This document shows positions 10,667 through 20,924 of a DNA stretch of 64,000 bases, one piece after another. Origin of the DNA: a bacterium (GTDB taxonomy: Bacteria > UBA8248 > JACPRG01 > G963555815); assembly GCA_965218795.1 (NCBI GenBank), contig OZ244653.1:2144001-2208000 (forward strand). Reading direction: 5' to 3'. A program made the position numbers and the translations under genes. The notes below the pieces were generated by a model. The model ran no database searches. It worked only from the letters and a program-made list of their open reading frames with translations, and was not told the DNA's origin. Numbering within the stretch: the first letter of the stretch is position 1; each line of letters opens with the position of its first letter.

Positions 10667-11419
10667 ATGAGCCTCACAGGAAAAACCGCCGTCATTACAG
10701 GCGCCGCAAGCGGTATCGGCAAGGCGGCCGCCATCCGGTTCGCAAAGGAGCACGCCAACCTGACCCTCGTCGACATCGACGAGAAACATCTGACCGCGGT
10801 AGAGTCAGAATGCCGAGGCCACGGAGTCGAAGTCCTTCCCATCGTGAACGACGCATCGAAACCTTCGGCGATGGATGAATTTGTCCGGGAAACGGCCGAC
10901 CGGCTCGGCGGTATCGATATCCTCTTGAACAACTGCGTCTACCGGGTCACCAAGCCCTTTCTCGAGGTCCAGCCGGAGGAGATCCTCCGCAGCCTGGAGG
11001 TCAACGTCGCCGGGTATTACATCCTCACCCAGAAGGTCGTCCCCTACATGGAGGAGCGAGGCAGCGGATCGGTGATCCATATTTCCTCCCAGCTGGGTTT
11101 TGTGGGGACGGAGAAGCTTTCGGCCTACTGCACCTGCAAAGGGGCCGTGGTGAACATGACACGAACCCTGGCGCTGGAGCTTGCCGGGAAAAACATCCGT
11201 GTCAACGCGGTGGCACCGGGCCCCACCGACACGGAGGGGCTGTCCCACGTCTACCACGGCAATCCCACGATGCTTGAATCCCGCTTGGCCGATGTTCCGA
11301 TGCGGAGGCTGGGCCGGCCGGAGGAAATCGCCGAAGCCTGTCTCTTTCTCGCGGGCGAAGCCTCAAGCTACGTCACCGGCCACAACCTTGTCGCGGATGG
11401 AGGGTTTTTGACGCACTGA
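10667..11419 (+). CDS. SDR-family oxidoreductase
   Basis: MSLTGKTAVITGAASGIG, YCTCK, IRVNAVAPG. GAGGA RBS before ATG 10667. Confidence 0.92.
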   Translation: MSLTGKTAVITGAASGIGKAAAIRFAKEHANLTLVDIDEKHLTAVESECRGHGVEVLPIVNDASKPSAMDEFVRETADRLGGIDILLNNCVYRVTKPFLEVQPEEILRSLEVNVAGYYILTQKVVPYMEERGSGSVIHISSQLGFVGTEKLSAYCTCKGAVVNMTRTLALELAGKNIRVNAVAPGPTDTEGLSHVYHGNPTMLESRLADVPMRRLGRPEEIAEACLFLAGEASSYVTGHNLVADGGFLTH

Positions 11420-11478
11420 CGCATTTCTCCGGATCCGGGACCGCTTGTCCATCCAATGCCGTCCGGGACTGCGAACGG

Positions 11479-11513
11479 GTCAATTGACTTCCCCGGCGGC
11501 GAAATGTGAGAAT
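11479..11513 (+). promoter_or_regulatory. Candidate sigma70 promoter overlapped by palindrome GTCAATTGAC
   Basis: TTGACT at 11484, 18-nt spacer, GAGAAT. Lies upstream of the second hydantoinase pair. Confidence 0.35.
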
Positions 11514-11675
11514 GTCCTGTTTTCCCGAGCTGGAGGAGAGAGTGATCGTTCCTTTGCGGTTGGGAAAACCAATGGAGTCCGGTGTGACTCGCAACAACCC
11601 CAAAAAGCATGGAGCCTCCTTGCCTTCTATTTGAAAGCTCGGAGAGAAATCGGTTTGAAACCTCAGGGGAGCACT

Positions 11676-13733
11676 ATGGCCCGCTACAGCGTCGGAATCG
11701 ATATCGGCGGCACCTTCACGGACCTCGTATGTCTGAACGAAACCACCGGCCATGTCACCAATCACAAGGTTCCTTCCACACCCCCCACTTTCATCGAGGG
11801 TGTCATGGAGGTTCTGTCGCTGGCCGTCTCCAATCCCAAAGAAATGACGACCTTCCGTCACGGATCCACAATCGCTACGAACGCCATTATCGAGCGAAAA
11901 GGGGCCAATACGGGTCTGGTCACAACGGATGGGTTCCGGGACGTGTTGGAGGGCGCCCGGGGCGAAAGGCCCGACGTGTTCGACCTGAACTGGGATCCCG
12001 CCCCGCCGCTGGTCCCCCGCTACAACCGTCAGACCGTACCAGAGCGGATCGGCTTCGAGGGGGATGTGATGACCCCTCTCAAGGAATCTGAACTCAAAAG
12101 GATCGCCCGCATCTTCCGAAAGCGCGGTATCGAAAGCGTCGCCGTTTGCTTTATCAACGCTTTCATGAACCCAAAGCACGAGCAACGGGCAAAGGAAATG
12201 CTCTCCGGACTCCTGCCGGACGCCTATATCTGCACATCCTCCGAGGTGTTCCCGGAAATCCGGGAGTTTGAGCGAACGAGCACGACCACCGTCAACGCCT
12301 ATCTGGGCCCCATCCTCGACCGGTATCTGACCGATCTGGAAACGAGGACCAAAGCGTGGGGGTTCGGGGGCGACGTCCTGATCATCCATTCGGGCGGCGG
12401 GGTGATGAGCACCAAGCTGGCCCGGACGATTCCCTCCCGCACCTGTCTTTCCGGCCCGTCCAGCGGCGTGGTCGGCGGCGCCTACATCGGAGCCCTCGCC
12501 GGACACGAAAATCTCATCACATTCGATATGGGCGGGACCAGCGCGGACCTTTCCCTCGTGTGGAAGGGCGAGCCGCTCGTTCAGTCGGGCTTCAAGGTCG
12601 AGTTCACCATACCCATCCGCTTTCCGTGCGTGGACATCACCACCATCGGAACGGGAGGCGGCAGTATCGCCTGGATCGACGAAGGGGGGTCGCTCAAGAA
12701 CGGGCCGCAGAGCGCAGGGGCCTATCCCGGTCCCGCCTGCTACGGCCGGGGCGGCGAACAGCCCACGAACACCGACGCCCAGGTTGTCCTCGGGGTCATC
12801 GATCCGGACCGGTTCCTGGGCGGCGCGATGAGCCTGGACGCGGACAAGGCACGCGGGGCCATCGAGCGTCACATCGCGCGCCCGATGGGGATGTCGGCTG
12901 AAAAGGCGGCCGACGGCATCCTGCAACTCGCCGACGCCAACATGATCAACGCCGTCAAGCTGATCAGCGTTGTCCGGGGATACGATCCCCGCGACTTCGC
13001 ATTCGTCGCCTTCGGCGGCGCAGGCCCGATGCATGCGGTGACGATGGCGGCCGAGCTCAAAATCCCCAAGGTCATCGTCCCTCGATTCCCGGGCGTCACG
13101 TCGGCCTTCGGGGCCCTCCGGGTTGACATCCGACACGATTTCATTCAGCCCATTTTGAAGAAGACCGACGACTTGACCCACGAGGAGCTGGCCCGGACCT
13201 ACCGGGATCTGGAGAAGGAAGCGAGGCAGACGCTCAAAGGCGAGAACATCCCCCTGGAGCGCGTGGAGCTGCACCGTCTGGCCGACGTGAAATACTTCCC
13301 GCAATCGAAATACATGCCGATCCCCGTCCCTCCGGGACGGATCACCCAAAAGACGCTCGACGATATCGTGAACAACTTCAATGAACAGTACCTGCGGGAG
13401 TTCGGATATACGATCCCGGAGGAATTTGCGCAGATCGAAATCAGCAACGCGCGTCTGGCGGCCGTTGGCGTGGTCCCAAAGGGGACCCTGCGGCGGTCCA
13501 AAAAGGAGGGAAGCGCGAGGGCAGCGTTGAGGGGAACCCGAAAAGTCTACTTCCGGGAGTCCGGGGAATTCATCAAGACCAATATTTATGACAGAGACGG
13601 CTTCGGCGTGGGGAACCGGGTGAAGGGCCCGGCCATTATTGAGCAGCCGGACTCAACAACCGTGCTGCCACCCGGGTCCAGCGCGACCGTGGACGCCAAT
13701 CTCAATTTGATCGTTTCGCCCGGCAAATCATGA
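11676..13733 (+). CDS. Hydantoinase/oxoprolinase subunit A, second paralog
   Basis: GIDIGGTFTD, HGSTIATNA, SGPSSG, DMGGTSAD, PGPACYG. GGGGAG RBS before ATG 11676. Confidence 0.93.
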   Translation: MARYSVGIDIGGTFTDLVCLNETTGHVTNHKVPSTPPTFIEGVMEVLSLAVSNPKEMTTFRHGSTIATNAIIERKGANTGLVTTDGFRDVLEGARGERPDVFDLNWDPAPPLVPRYNRQTVPERIGFEGDVMTPLKESELKRIARIFRKRGIESVAVCFINAFMNPKHEQRAKEMLSGLLPDAYICTSSEVFPEIREFERTSTTTVNAYLGPILDRYLTDLETRTKAWGFGGDVLIIHSGGGVMSTKLARTIPSRTCLSGPSSGVVGGAYIGALAGHENLITFDMGGTSADLSLVWKGEPLVQSGFKVEFTIPIRFPCVDITTIGTGGGSIAWIDEGGSLKNGPQSAGAYPGPACYGRGGEQPTNTDAQVVLGVIDPDRFLGGAMSLDADKARGAIERHIARPMGMSAEKAADGILQLADANMINAVKLISVVRGYDPRDFAFVAFGGAGPMHAVTMAAELKIPKVIVPRFPGVTSAFGALRVDIRHDFIQPILKKTDDLTHEELARTYRDLEKEARQTLKGENIPLERVELHRLADVKYFPQSKYMPIPVPPGRITQKTLDDIVNNFNEQYLREFGYTIPEEFAQIEISNARLAAVGVVPKGTLRRSKKEGSARAALRGTRKVYFRESGEFIKTNIYDRDGFGVGNRVKGPAIIEQPDSTTVLPPGSSATVDANLNLIVSPGKS

Positions 13734-13813
13734 GGAATTGCATGGAGTCTTCATGGACCGGCTGCGAATACAGGAATTCGCTCGGCCGTAATCATCGATA
13801 GGAGCCCACGGGC

Positions 13814-15694
13814 ATGACCAAAGCGAAAAAGAAGAAATCCCTGACGAGCATGGACCCGATCACCTTCGAGGTCCTCCGAAGCGCTTTTCGCGACCTCTGC
13901 ACCCAGGGCAGCGCAATGATCGAGCGCATTGCCTACGCTCCGGCCATTACAGAGGGCCGAGACTTCTCGGTCTCTCTGCTGACGGCGGACGGACGGCTCG
14001 TCGCGCACGGGACCCGCGATCACACGCCCCATTTCGGGACGTTCGAGGGCACGGTTCAAAGCGTGGTCGAGGACGTGGAGGACGATTTCCGGCCAGGGGA
14101 CGTGTACATGTTCAATAACCCCTACCGGGGCGGAACGCATACGCAGGACGTTCGGCTCGTCCGGCCGGTTTTTCACAAAGGCAAGCACCTCGCATTCACC
14201 ATCGCCAATTGCCATTGGACCGACGTGGGAGGACCGGTCCCCGGAACCTTCAACCCCAACGCGCGCGAGTATTACGCCGAAGGGCTCATGGTCCCGACCA
14301 CAAAGCTATACGACCAGGGAAAGCCGGTGAAGTCGAGCTTTGACCTGCTCCGATGGAACGTGCGGGTTCCCCACGACCGGATGGGCGACCTGGCGGCCCA
14401 GGCGCGGGCGGTCGAGGTCATGGAGATACGGATTCAGGAGTACGCGGAAAAATACGGTCCGAAGACCATCCTCCGGGCATTCGAGGAATCGATGGATTAC
14501 TCGGAGCGGCTGTTCCGTCAAGAAGTGGCCCGCCTGCCGAACGGGACGTATCAATTTACAGATTATTGCGATATGGATGAAGGCCACCCCGATCACCCGA
14601 GGGTCAAGGTCCACTGCATTCTGACCATCAAGGACGACCAGGTGACGCTCGATTTCACCGAGAGCGATCCGGCCCCCAAGGGTCCCACGGGCCTGACGTA
14701 CCCCGGCCTCACCTCGGCGGCGTTCGACGGTACCCTTCACTGCTTCCCCCACCTGACCCCGCTGAACAACGGTATCATCCGGTCGGTCGATGTAAAGACG
14801 AAACCCGGCACGACGGTCCACATCCTGCCCCCCACGCCGATGGCCGGCTACTGCGCGGGGACGTATGAGAAGGTGGATGCGGCGGTCATGGCCTGCTGGG
14901 CGCAACCCCTCGCTCAAGTGGACCCCACCCAGATTCATGCGGGCACCGTCAACCTGGAAAACTGCGTCTGTGGAGGAGCGCACCCGAAGACCGGAAACCT
15001 TTTCGTTTCCTACAACTGGATGGAAGGGGGACAAGGGGCGCGCGTGGACCGGGACGGCCCGAGCTTCATGATGATGATGTTCGCGGGCGGGGCGTGCAAT
15101 CAGCCGGTCGAAGTCCTGGAACGCTGGTTCCCCTACACATATCTCAAGGCGGAACTCCTCCCCGACTCCTGCGGACACGGAAAGTTCCGCGGGGGATTCG
15201 GCTTTCAGCGGCATTACCGGCTGTGGGGGGACGGGCTCATCACGATTCACGGCGACCGCGAGGAAGTGACGCCCTACGGCCTGGCCGGCGGTATGAACGG
15301 CGGCTCCAATTCCCTCTCGCTCAATGAGGGAACGAAGCGCCACCGACATCTGGGAATGCACGCCACCGGCGTCAACGTGGGGCCGGGCGATGTGGTCAAC
15401 TTCCGAAGCAACGGAGGCGGGGGCTATGGCGACCCGAGGGAACGAGCCCCGAAACTCGTCCTTCAGGACGTGATGAACGAGATGATCTCCGAGGAAGTCG
15501 CCCGAAAAATCTACGGCGTCGTCATCAAGGTGGGGGATCCGGAGGCGCTGGAGTTTGAAGTCGACTGGAAGGCGACCCGAGCGCTTCGAAAAAGACTGGG
15601 CAAGAAAAAATTCCCGGTGGGCTACGGCCCGGAGGAGGTCCACCCCTCTGGACGGAAGCTGAAGGTCAAGGCGAGGAAATTACATTCCGGCTAG
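13814..15694 (+). CDS. Hydantoinase B/oxoprolinase subunit B, long form with C-terminal extension
   Basis: DPITFEVL, GGTHTQD, HWTDVGG, GGGGYGDP, followed by a VLQDV...ARKIYGVVI extension. Confidence 0.92.
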   Translation: MTKAKKKKSLTSMDPITFEVLRSAFRDLCTQGSAMIERIAYAPAITEGRDFSVSLLTADGRLVAHGTRDHTPHFGTFEGTVQSVVEDVEDDFRPGDVYMFNNPYRGGTHTQDVRLVRPVFHKGKHLAFTIANCHWTDVGGPVPGTFNPNAREYYAEGLMVPTTKLYDQGKPVKSSFDLLRWNVRVPHDRMGDLAAQARAVEVMEIRIQEYAEKYGPKTILRAFEESMDYSERLFRQEVARLPNGTYQFTDYCDMDEGHPDHPRVKVHCILTIKDDQVTLDFTESDPAPKGPTGLTYPGLTSAAFDGTLHCFPHLTPLNNGIIRSVDVKTKPGTTVHILPPTPMAGYCAGTYEKVDAAVMACWAQPLAQVDPTQIHAGTVNLENCVCGGAHPKTGNLFVSYNWMEGGQGARVDRDGPSFMMMMFAGGACNQPVEVLERWFPYTYLKAELLPDSCGHGKFRGGFGFQRHYRLWGDGLITIHGDREEVTPYGLAGGMNGGSNSLSLNEGTKRHRHLGMHATGVNVGPGDVVNFRSNGGGGYGDPRERAPKLVLQDVMNEMISEEVARKIYGVVIKVGDPEALEFEVDWKATRALRKRLGKKKFPVGYGPEEVHPSGRKLKVKARKLHSG

Positions 15695-15724
15695 AGAGCG
15701 GAGCGCAACGGAGTCGTCAAGAAG

Positions 15725-15759
15725 AAAAACCCGCCGGGCTGAATCCGGCGGGTTTTTTT
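15725..15759. terminator. Bidirectional rho-independent terminator
   Basis: aaaaacccgccgg-gctgaat-ccggcgggttttttt between convergent genes. Confidence 0.85.
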
Positions 15760-15785
15760 GGAAAAAAGGATTTTCTTCCTGGCCC

Positions 15786-16271
15786 TCAACTCGATCGCAA
15801 ACTCTCCGCGGCGACCTGCACGGATTTGATGATATTCACATAACCCGTGCATCGGCAGAGGTTTCCGACCAGAGCGTCCCGGATCTCCTCTTCCGAGGGG
15901 TCCGGATTCCGATCCAAAAGGGCCTTGGCCGTCAACAACATCCCCGGGGTGCAGAATCCGCACTGCATCCCGGTGTTTTCCAGAAACGCCTGTTGAATGG
16001 GGTGAAGGTTTCTGCCCTCCGCCAACCCCTCGACGGTCAGGATCTCCGCGCCGTCAGCGAGAAAGGCGAACCGCAGACAAGGCTTCATCGGCAAACCGTC
16101 GCAGAGAATCGTGCACGTACCGCAGACGCCGCTCTCGCAGCCCTGCTTGGTTCCCGTCAGCTGAAGCCGCCGTCGAATGACTTCCACCAGGAGATCCGAC
16201 GACCGGACGGTCTCCTCCACCGGCTCGTTGTTGACGGTCAGTCGGATCGTGTGATGCGTCTCGCCCTTCAC
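15786..16271 (-). CDS. (2Fe-2S)-binding small subunit (CoxS/XdhC-like)
   Basis: GCESGVCGTC, QCGFCTPG, NLCRCTGY. Confidence 0.94.
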   Translation of the reverse strand: MKGETHHTIRLTVNNEPVEETVRSSDLLVEVIRRRLQLTGTKQGCESGVCGTCTILCDGLPMKPCLRFAFLADGAEILTVEGLAEGRNLHPIQQAFLENTGMQCGFCTPGMLLTAKALLDRNPDPSEEEIRDALVGNLCRCTGYVNIIKSVQVAAESLRSS

Positions 16272-17146
16272 AGGTTTTCCCTCGCTGACGCCAATGCCTT
16301 CTCCGCGGCCCGCCGGAAGAATACCTTCACCATCTCCAGACGATAGGGCGCGGGCCCCCGAACGTCGTCAATGGGCTCGATGCCGTCCGCCGCGCGCTCG
16401 GCCGCCGCCCGCAACAGGTCCTTGGAAACCTCCTGTCCCTTCAGCGTCTCCTCCGCCCCCGAGGACCGCACGGGCGCTGGAGAGGCCGCGCCCACGCCCA
16501 CCCGCGCGTCCGCGCACGTCTTTCCGTCTTCGGCCAGCGCCAAAGCGACGCCGACGCACACGAAGGGCCGGTCCTCCAGGGTCGTTGTCGTGTACCGCAG
16601 ATACGCCATCCCGGACCGCGGGGCCGGCGCGGGCAGCCGGATCGACGTCAGAATTTCGTCCGGCGCCAGACGGGTCTCGTAATACCCGCTGCACAGGTCC
16701 TCGATGGGAAGGGATCGCTCTCCGCCGGAACCCTGAACCGTGGCTTCCGCCCCCGCCGCGATCAGGGCGGTCGGCGGATCGGAGGCCGGATCGGCATGGC
16801 AAAGGTTTCCGCCGATCGTCCCCATGTTCCTCACCTGGGGATTGGCCACATGATGGGCCATCTCCACAAGGGCCGGAACCTGCTCGCCCAGTTGGGCGTC
16901 GTGCTCGATGTCCCGGTGGAGGGTGAGCGCACCGATGGACCAGCCGCCGTCCCCAGCCTTTCGGATTCCCGCCAGGTCGGAAAGCGCATTCAGGTTGATG
17001 AGCGCCTGCGGCCGGTAGATTCCCTGCCGCATCAGGAGCGTCAGCGCCGTCCCTCCCGCAATAACCCGGGCGGAATCTCCGTAATGCCCGAGGGCCTGGA
17101 TCGCCTCCTCGACCGACGCGGGCGCGATGACCTCAAAGGGCTTCAC
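16268..17146 (-). CDS. FAD-binding medium subunit (CoxM/XdhB-like)
   Basis: IAGGTAL, QVRNMGTIGGNLCHADPASD, DDVRG. Confidence 0.94.
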   Translation of the reverse strand: MKPFEVIAPASVEEAIQALGHYGDSARVIAGGTALTLLMRQGIYRPQALINLNALSDLAGIRKAGDGGWSIGALTLHRDIEHDAQLGEQVPALVEMAHHVANPQVRNMGTIGGNLCHADPASDPPTALIAAGAEATVQGSGGERSLPIEDLCSGYYETRLAPDEILTSIRLPAPAPRSGMAYLRYTTTTLEDRPFVCVGVALALAEDGKTCADARVGVGAASPAPVRSSGAEETLKGQEVSKDLLRAAAERAADGIEPIDDVRGPAPYRLEMVKVFFRRAAEKALASARENL

Positions 17147-19458
17147 GACGCCGATCCCTCCGAGGCGCGAAGGGCCCCGAACACCCTGGCCGGCGTGACG
17201 GGGAGATCCTTGACGCGGACCCCGACGGCGTCAAAAATCGCATTCGCAACGGCGGGAGCGGTCGGCACCAGAACGGGTTCACCGATCCCCTTCGCGTTAT
17301 AGGGCCCCTCGGGATCATCGGTCTCCACGATGATGGGGATCACCTCCGGCATGTCCTTGGACGTGAAGATCTTGTAGTCCGCGAAATTGCCGTTGAGAAA
17401 CTGACCGCCTTCGATGGCCAGGTTCTCGGTCAGGCCGTAGCCCAGCCCCTGTGACAGGCCGCCGTGGATCTGGGCCTCCAACAGCATGGGATTGATGGCC
17501 CGCCCCACGTCGTGAGCGGCGGCGATCCGGAGGACCCGAACCCGGCCCGTCTCCGTGTCGACCTCCACTTCGGCGGCGTGGGCCGCGAATGAATAGGCCG
17601 GCGAGATGTTTCCCGTCCCCGTCATGTGGTCGATGAATTCGGTCGGCGTATCGTAGTGCGCCGACTCCAGAATGGCCTCGCTCCCCTGCCGGTAGGTGGA
17701 TGCCTCGGCCACCTCGCCGAGCGTCATGGACCGATCGGGCGCTGATTTGACGAAGATCCGGCTGCTGCGGATATCCAGATCCTCCACCGCGGCCTCCAGC
17801 TTCTCGGCGGCCACGGTCAGGAGCTTCTCCCGCGCTTGTTTGGCGGCGTTGTAGACGGCGTTTCCGGAAATGAACGTCACGCTGGATGCGCTGGCGCCGC
17901 GGCTGTCCATCGGGGCGTTTTCCGTATCCATGGTATAGATGCGGACTTCGTCGAGATTCATCCCGAGGGTTTCGGCGGCGATCTGCGCCAGAACCGTCTT
18001 CGCGCCCTGCCCGCAATCCACGGTGCCCGTGATGACGCTGGCCGAGCCGTCGTCGTGAATCTTCAGGAACGCGCCGGAACAATCGGCGTCCCAGTATGCG
18101 CGGGCGCCGACCGTGTAGATCATTCCGGCGATGCCCCGGCCGCGCTTGACCGTTCCGTTCGCCGGCCGTTCCGACTCCTTCCACCCCACGTCGATGGCGC
18201 GGGCCGCTTTCTCGATGCACTCCTCCATCGCGCACGTGCCGATACGCCAACCCACCGGCGTCACGTCGCCCGGCTGCGTGGCGTTCTTTTTTCGCAGTTC
18301 GACGGGCTCGATGCCGAGCTCCTCGGCGAGTTCATCCATCTGGGTCTCGACCGCAAAGGTCACCTGGGGGCCGCCGAAGCCCCGGAAGGCGTTCGCCCAG
18401 CTCTTGTTGGTATAGACGACGTAGCCGTCGTAGCGGACGTTCGGCACCCGGTAGAGCGACGTGAGGATGCTCCCGCCGACGCCCGTCGTCGCGGGGGTTA
18501 CATTATTGTAGGCGCCGTTGTCGACGTAGGACTCCCCCTTCCGGGCCACCAGGGTTCCGTCCTTCTCGGCCGCGGTCCACAGACGGATCCTGAGCGCGCT
18601 TCGATGCCCGGAGGTGGCGAACTCTTCCTGCCGCGAGAGAAAGAGCCGAACGGGACGTCCGGTCTTCTTGGCAAGGAATCCCGCGAGGGCCTCGTTCGCC
18701 CCGACCTTCGACTTCCCGCCGAACCCGCCGCCGATGAAGACCTCGTGGACGTGGACGTTGCCGAGGGAGACGTCCAGGGCGTTGGACAACTCACGGCGAA
18801 GCAGGTCGCTCGCCTGGGTGGACGCCCAGAATTTGTACCGGCCCTGGGAGTCGCACTGGGCCACGCACCCGTGGGTTTCCATCGGGGTTTGCGCGACAGG
18901 CTGGGTCGTGAAACGGCCTTCGATCACCAACGCCGCCTTTTGGAGGGCCTCCTCGCAGTCGCCCGCGTTCCGAACGACGTGGGCGGCAATGTTTCTCTCT
19001 TTGCTCTCGTGCAAAAGGGGCGCATCGGGCTGGACGGCCTCCTCCGGATCGAAGACGGCTGGCAGCGGCTCGTATTCGACTTCGATGAGCGAAAGCGCCT
19101 CCTCCGCCGTATCCTCATCCACGGCCGCGACGGCTGCGACCTCATCTCCGACAAACCGGACCCGATCGATGGCGAGCGGGTATTTGTCCTCGTGGGGATG
19201 GCCGAGGAAATGGTACTTGATCTTCGGGGTGTCCTCGGCCGTGATCACGGCCTGGACGCCTCGAAGCCGCTCGGCCTTCGAGGTGTCGATGTTCCGGATC
19301 CAGGCGTGCGGGTGCGGACTCCGCAGTATCTTTCCGTACAGCATCCGGGGAAGGGTGATATCGAAGGCGTACATCGCCTCTCCGGTCAGGAGAAGCTCGC
19401 CGTCCACCTTGACCGCGCGCTGGCCGACGACGGCCAAGTCACGATTTTCGGCATTCAA
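17143..19458 (-). CDS. Xanthine dehydrogenase-family molybdopterin-binding large subunit (not a CO dehydrogenase)
   Basis: GGGFGGK, AFRGFGGPQ, AKGIGEP. Lacks the CODH AYXCSFR motif. L-M-S operon order. Confidence 0.93.
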   Translation of the reverse strand: MNAENRDLAVVGQRAVKVDGELLLTGEAMYAFDITLPRMLYGKILRSPHPHAWIRNIDTSKAERLRGVQAVITAEDTPKIKYHFLGHPHEDKYPLAIDRVRFVGDEVAAVAAVDEDTAEEALSLIEVEYEPLPAVFDPEEAVQPDAPLLHESKERNIAAHVVRNAGDCEEALQKAALVIEGRFTTQPVAQTPMETHGCVAQCDSQGRYKFWASTQASDLLRRELSNALDVSLGNVHVHEVFIGGGFGGKSKVGANEALAGFLAKKTGRPVRLFLSRQEEFATSGHRSALRIRLWTAAEKDGTLVARKGESYVDNGAYNNVTPATTGVGGSILTSLYRVPNVRYDGYVVYTNKSWANAFRGFGGPQVTFAVETQMDELAEELGIEPVELRKKNATQPGDVTPVGWRIGTCAMEECIEKAARAIDVGWKESERPANGTVKRGRGIAGMIYTVGARAYWDADCSGAFLKIHDDGSASVITGTVDCGQGAKTVLAQIAAETLGMNLDEVRIYTMDTENAPMDSRGASASSVTFISGNAVYNAAKQAREKLLTVAAEKLEAAVEDLDIRSSRIFVKSAPDRSMTLGEVAEASTYRQGSEAILESAHYDTPTEFIDHMTGTGNISPAYSFAAHAAEVEVDTETGRVRVLRIAAAHDVGRAINPMLLEAQIHGGLSQGLGYGLTENLAIEGGQFLNGNFADYKIFTSKDMPEVIPIIVETDDPEGPYNAKGIGEPVLVPTAPAVANAIFDAVGVRVKDLPVTPARVFGALRASEGSAS

Positions 19459-19608
19459 TAGGGGTATCCCCCTTGGAGGAATTCACCGACACGGGAGAAG
19501 GGCTCCGGGTCGAGTCGGCATCGGTACCCGGAGTACCCTCCCCTTCGACGATTCAGGTCTTCACACGTCGATCAGAACCAAATCAGCCGCGCCCGGCGGG
19601 CCCTTTCG

Positions 19609-20634
19609 TCAGTTCATCGCGGGCCGCTTGGGGATAATCGGCGGTTTGGGCTGGAATTCGTTCGTGTAGTAGTTCATCACGGGCTCGACGTTCTTGATTT
19701 CCCGCGCCTCTGCGATGACGTCCCGGGTGTACTTCATCTTGCCGTAGGCGATGTGGCCCAGTCCGTTCAATTGGGTATCCGGCGTGATGAGATGATCGAC
19801 GGCAATATCCCAGTGGGCCCGCGCCAGCTTCGCATTGATCTCCCCATGGTTTTTGAGGAAGACCTTCGTACCCTCGCCGGGATGCTCCACCCCGTAGGCC
19901 AGGCCCTTCAACGACGCGCGCATGAACTTACGGAGGAAATCCTGGTCCGAGCCGATCATCTTCTCCGTCGCCAGGAACCCGTTCGAGTACAGGTCCAACC
20001 CGTGGTCTGCGTACCGAATGGTGGTGACGGCAACGTTGCTACTCTTGGCGACCTTCATGACGTTCGGACCCACGGTGGTGTAAGTCACCAGACCGTCCAC
20101 CGACCCCGAGACCATGCTCGGGATCTTGGAGCTCCAGGCCATCGGAACGAACTTCACCCTTCCGGCGTTCAGACCCGCGGCCTTCGCGAGCGGCGGGAAC
20201 AGGACGCTGCCGTCCTCCTCCGCCACCGTAGCGATGCTCTTTCCCTCAAGGTCTTTGACGCCTTTGATCCCGCGGTCCGTCCTGGCGTAGATGACATGCA
20301 TGCTCTTGGTGTGCCAAACGCCGATGGCCCGGACCTTGACCCCCTGGGCGCGGGCGATCACAAGCGTATCCACGCCGCCCGAGGCCACGGTGCAGGCGCC
20401 CGTGGAGGTCCGCTTCGCGTTGTCCATTCCGCTGACGCCTTTGACGAATTTGACGTCCATCCCTTCGGCTTTATAGAAGCCCTTTTCCCGGCCCACGTAG
20501 AAGCCCACATGTTTTCCGTAGGGGTTCCAGGCGAAGCAAAATATAACATCTCTCGCCTCGGCCTTCGTCACCGGAAGGAAACCGCTCATACAAAAAACCA
20601 ACAACCCGGCCAGGAGATACTTCGCGCACTTCAT
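19609..20634 (-). CDS. ABC substrate-binding protein, NMT1/THI5/SsuA-like
   Basis: Signal peptide; W...H.GFY...KGFYKAEGMDV; GLDLYSNG; LRKFMRASLKG. Confidence 0.85.
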   Translation of the reverse strand: MKCAKYLLAGLLVFCMSGFLPVTKAEARDVIFCFAWNPYGKHVGFYVGREKGFYKAEGMDVKFVKGVSGMDNAKRTSTGACTVASGGVDTLVIARAQGVKVRAIGVWHTKSMHVIYARTDRGIKGVKDLEGKSIATVAEEDGSVLFPPLAKAAGLNAGRVKFVPMAWSSKIPSMVSGSVDGLVTYTTVGPNVMKVAKSSNVAVTTIRYADHGLDLYSNGFLATEKMIGSDQDFLRKFMRASLKGLAYGVEHPGEGTKVFLKNHGEINAKLARAHWDIAVDHLITPDTQLNGLGHIAYGKMKYTRDVIAEAREIKNVEPVMNYYTNEFQPKPPIIPKRPAMN

Positions 20635-20924
20635 GTCTCACCCTCCATACAGACGAAAGTGGTTTCGCATTGATCGACGACGATCAACAGTGCAAAGACA
20701 TACTTCCAGCCCTCATCTCTCCACCGCTGACCTCCCCGAAGCGGCCGGAAGCACAATTTTGCGGAACTCGGCCTTATTAAACTGAAATATGTTGAGCGTG
20801 TCAACGGAATTCGGCCCTCTCTCAGGCATGTTGACTTCGGTCCACCCCCACGAGTAGCATCGTCGCAAGCTGGCTCTCAATACAGCCCCGCGTAGACACT
20901 TCTTTCGGAGAGAATCGCACTGCC

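Noticed and set aside
15786-19458. Aerobic CO dehydrogenase (with CoxG nearby)
   Set aside because: The large subunit has AFRGFG rather than AYXCSFR, and the gene order is L-M-S.
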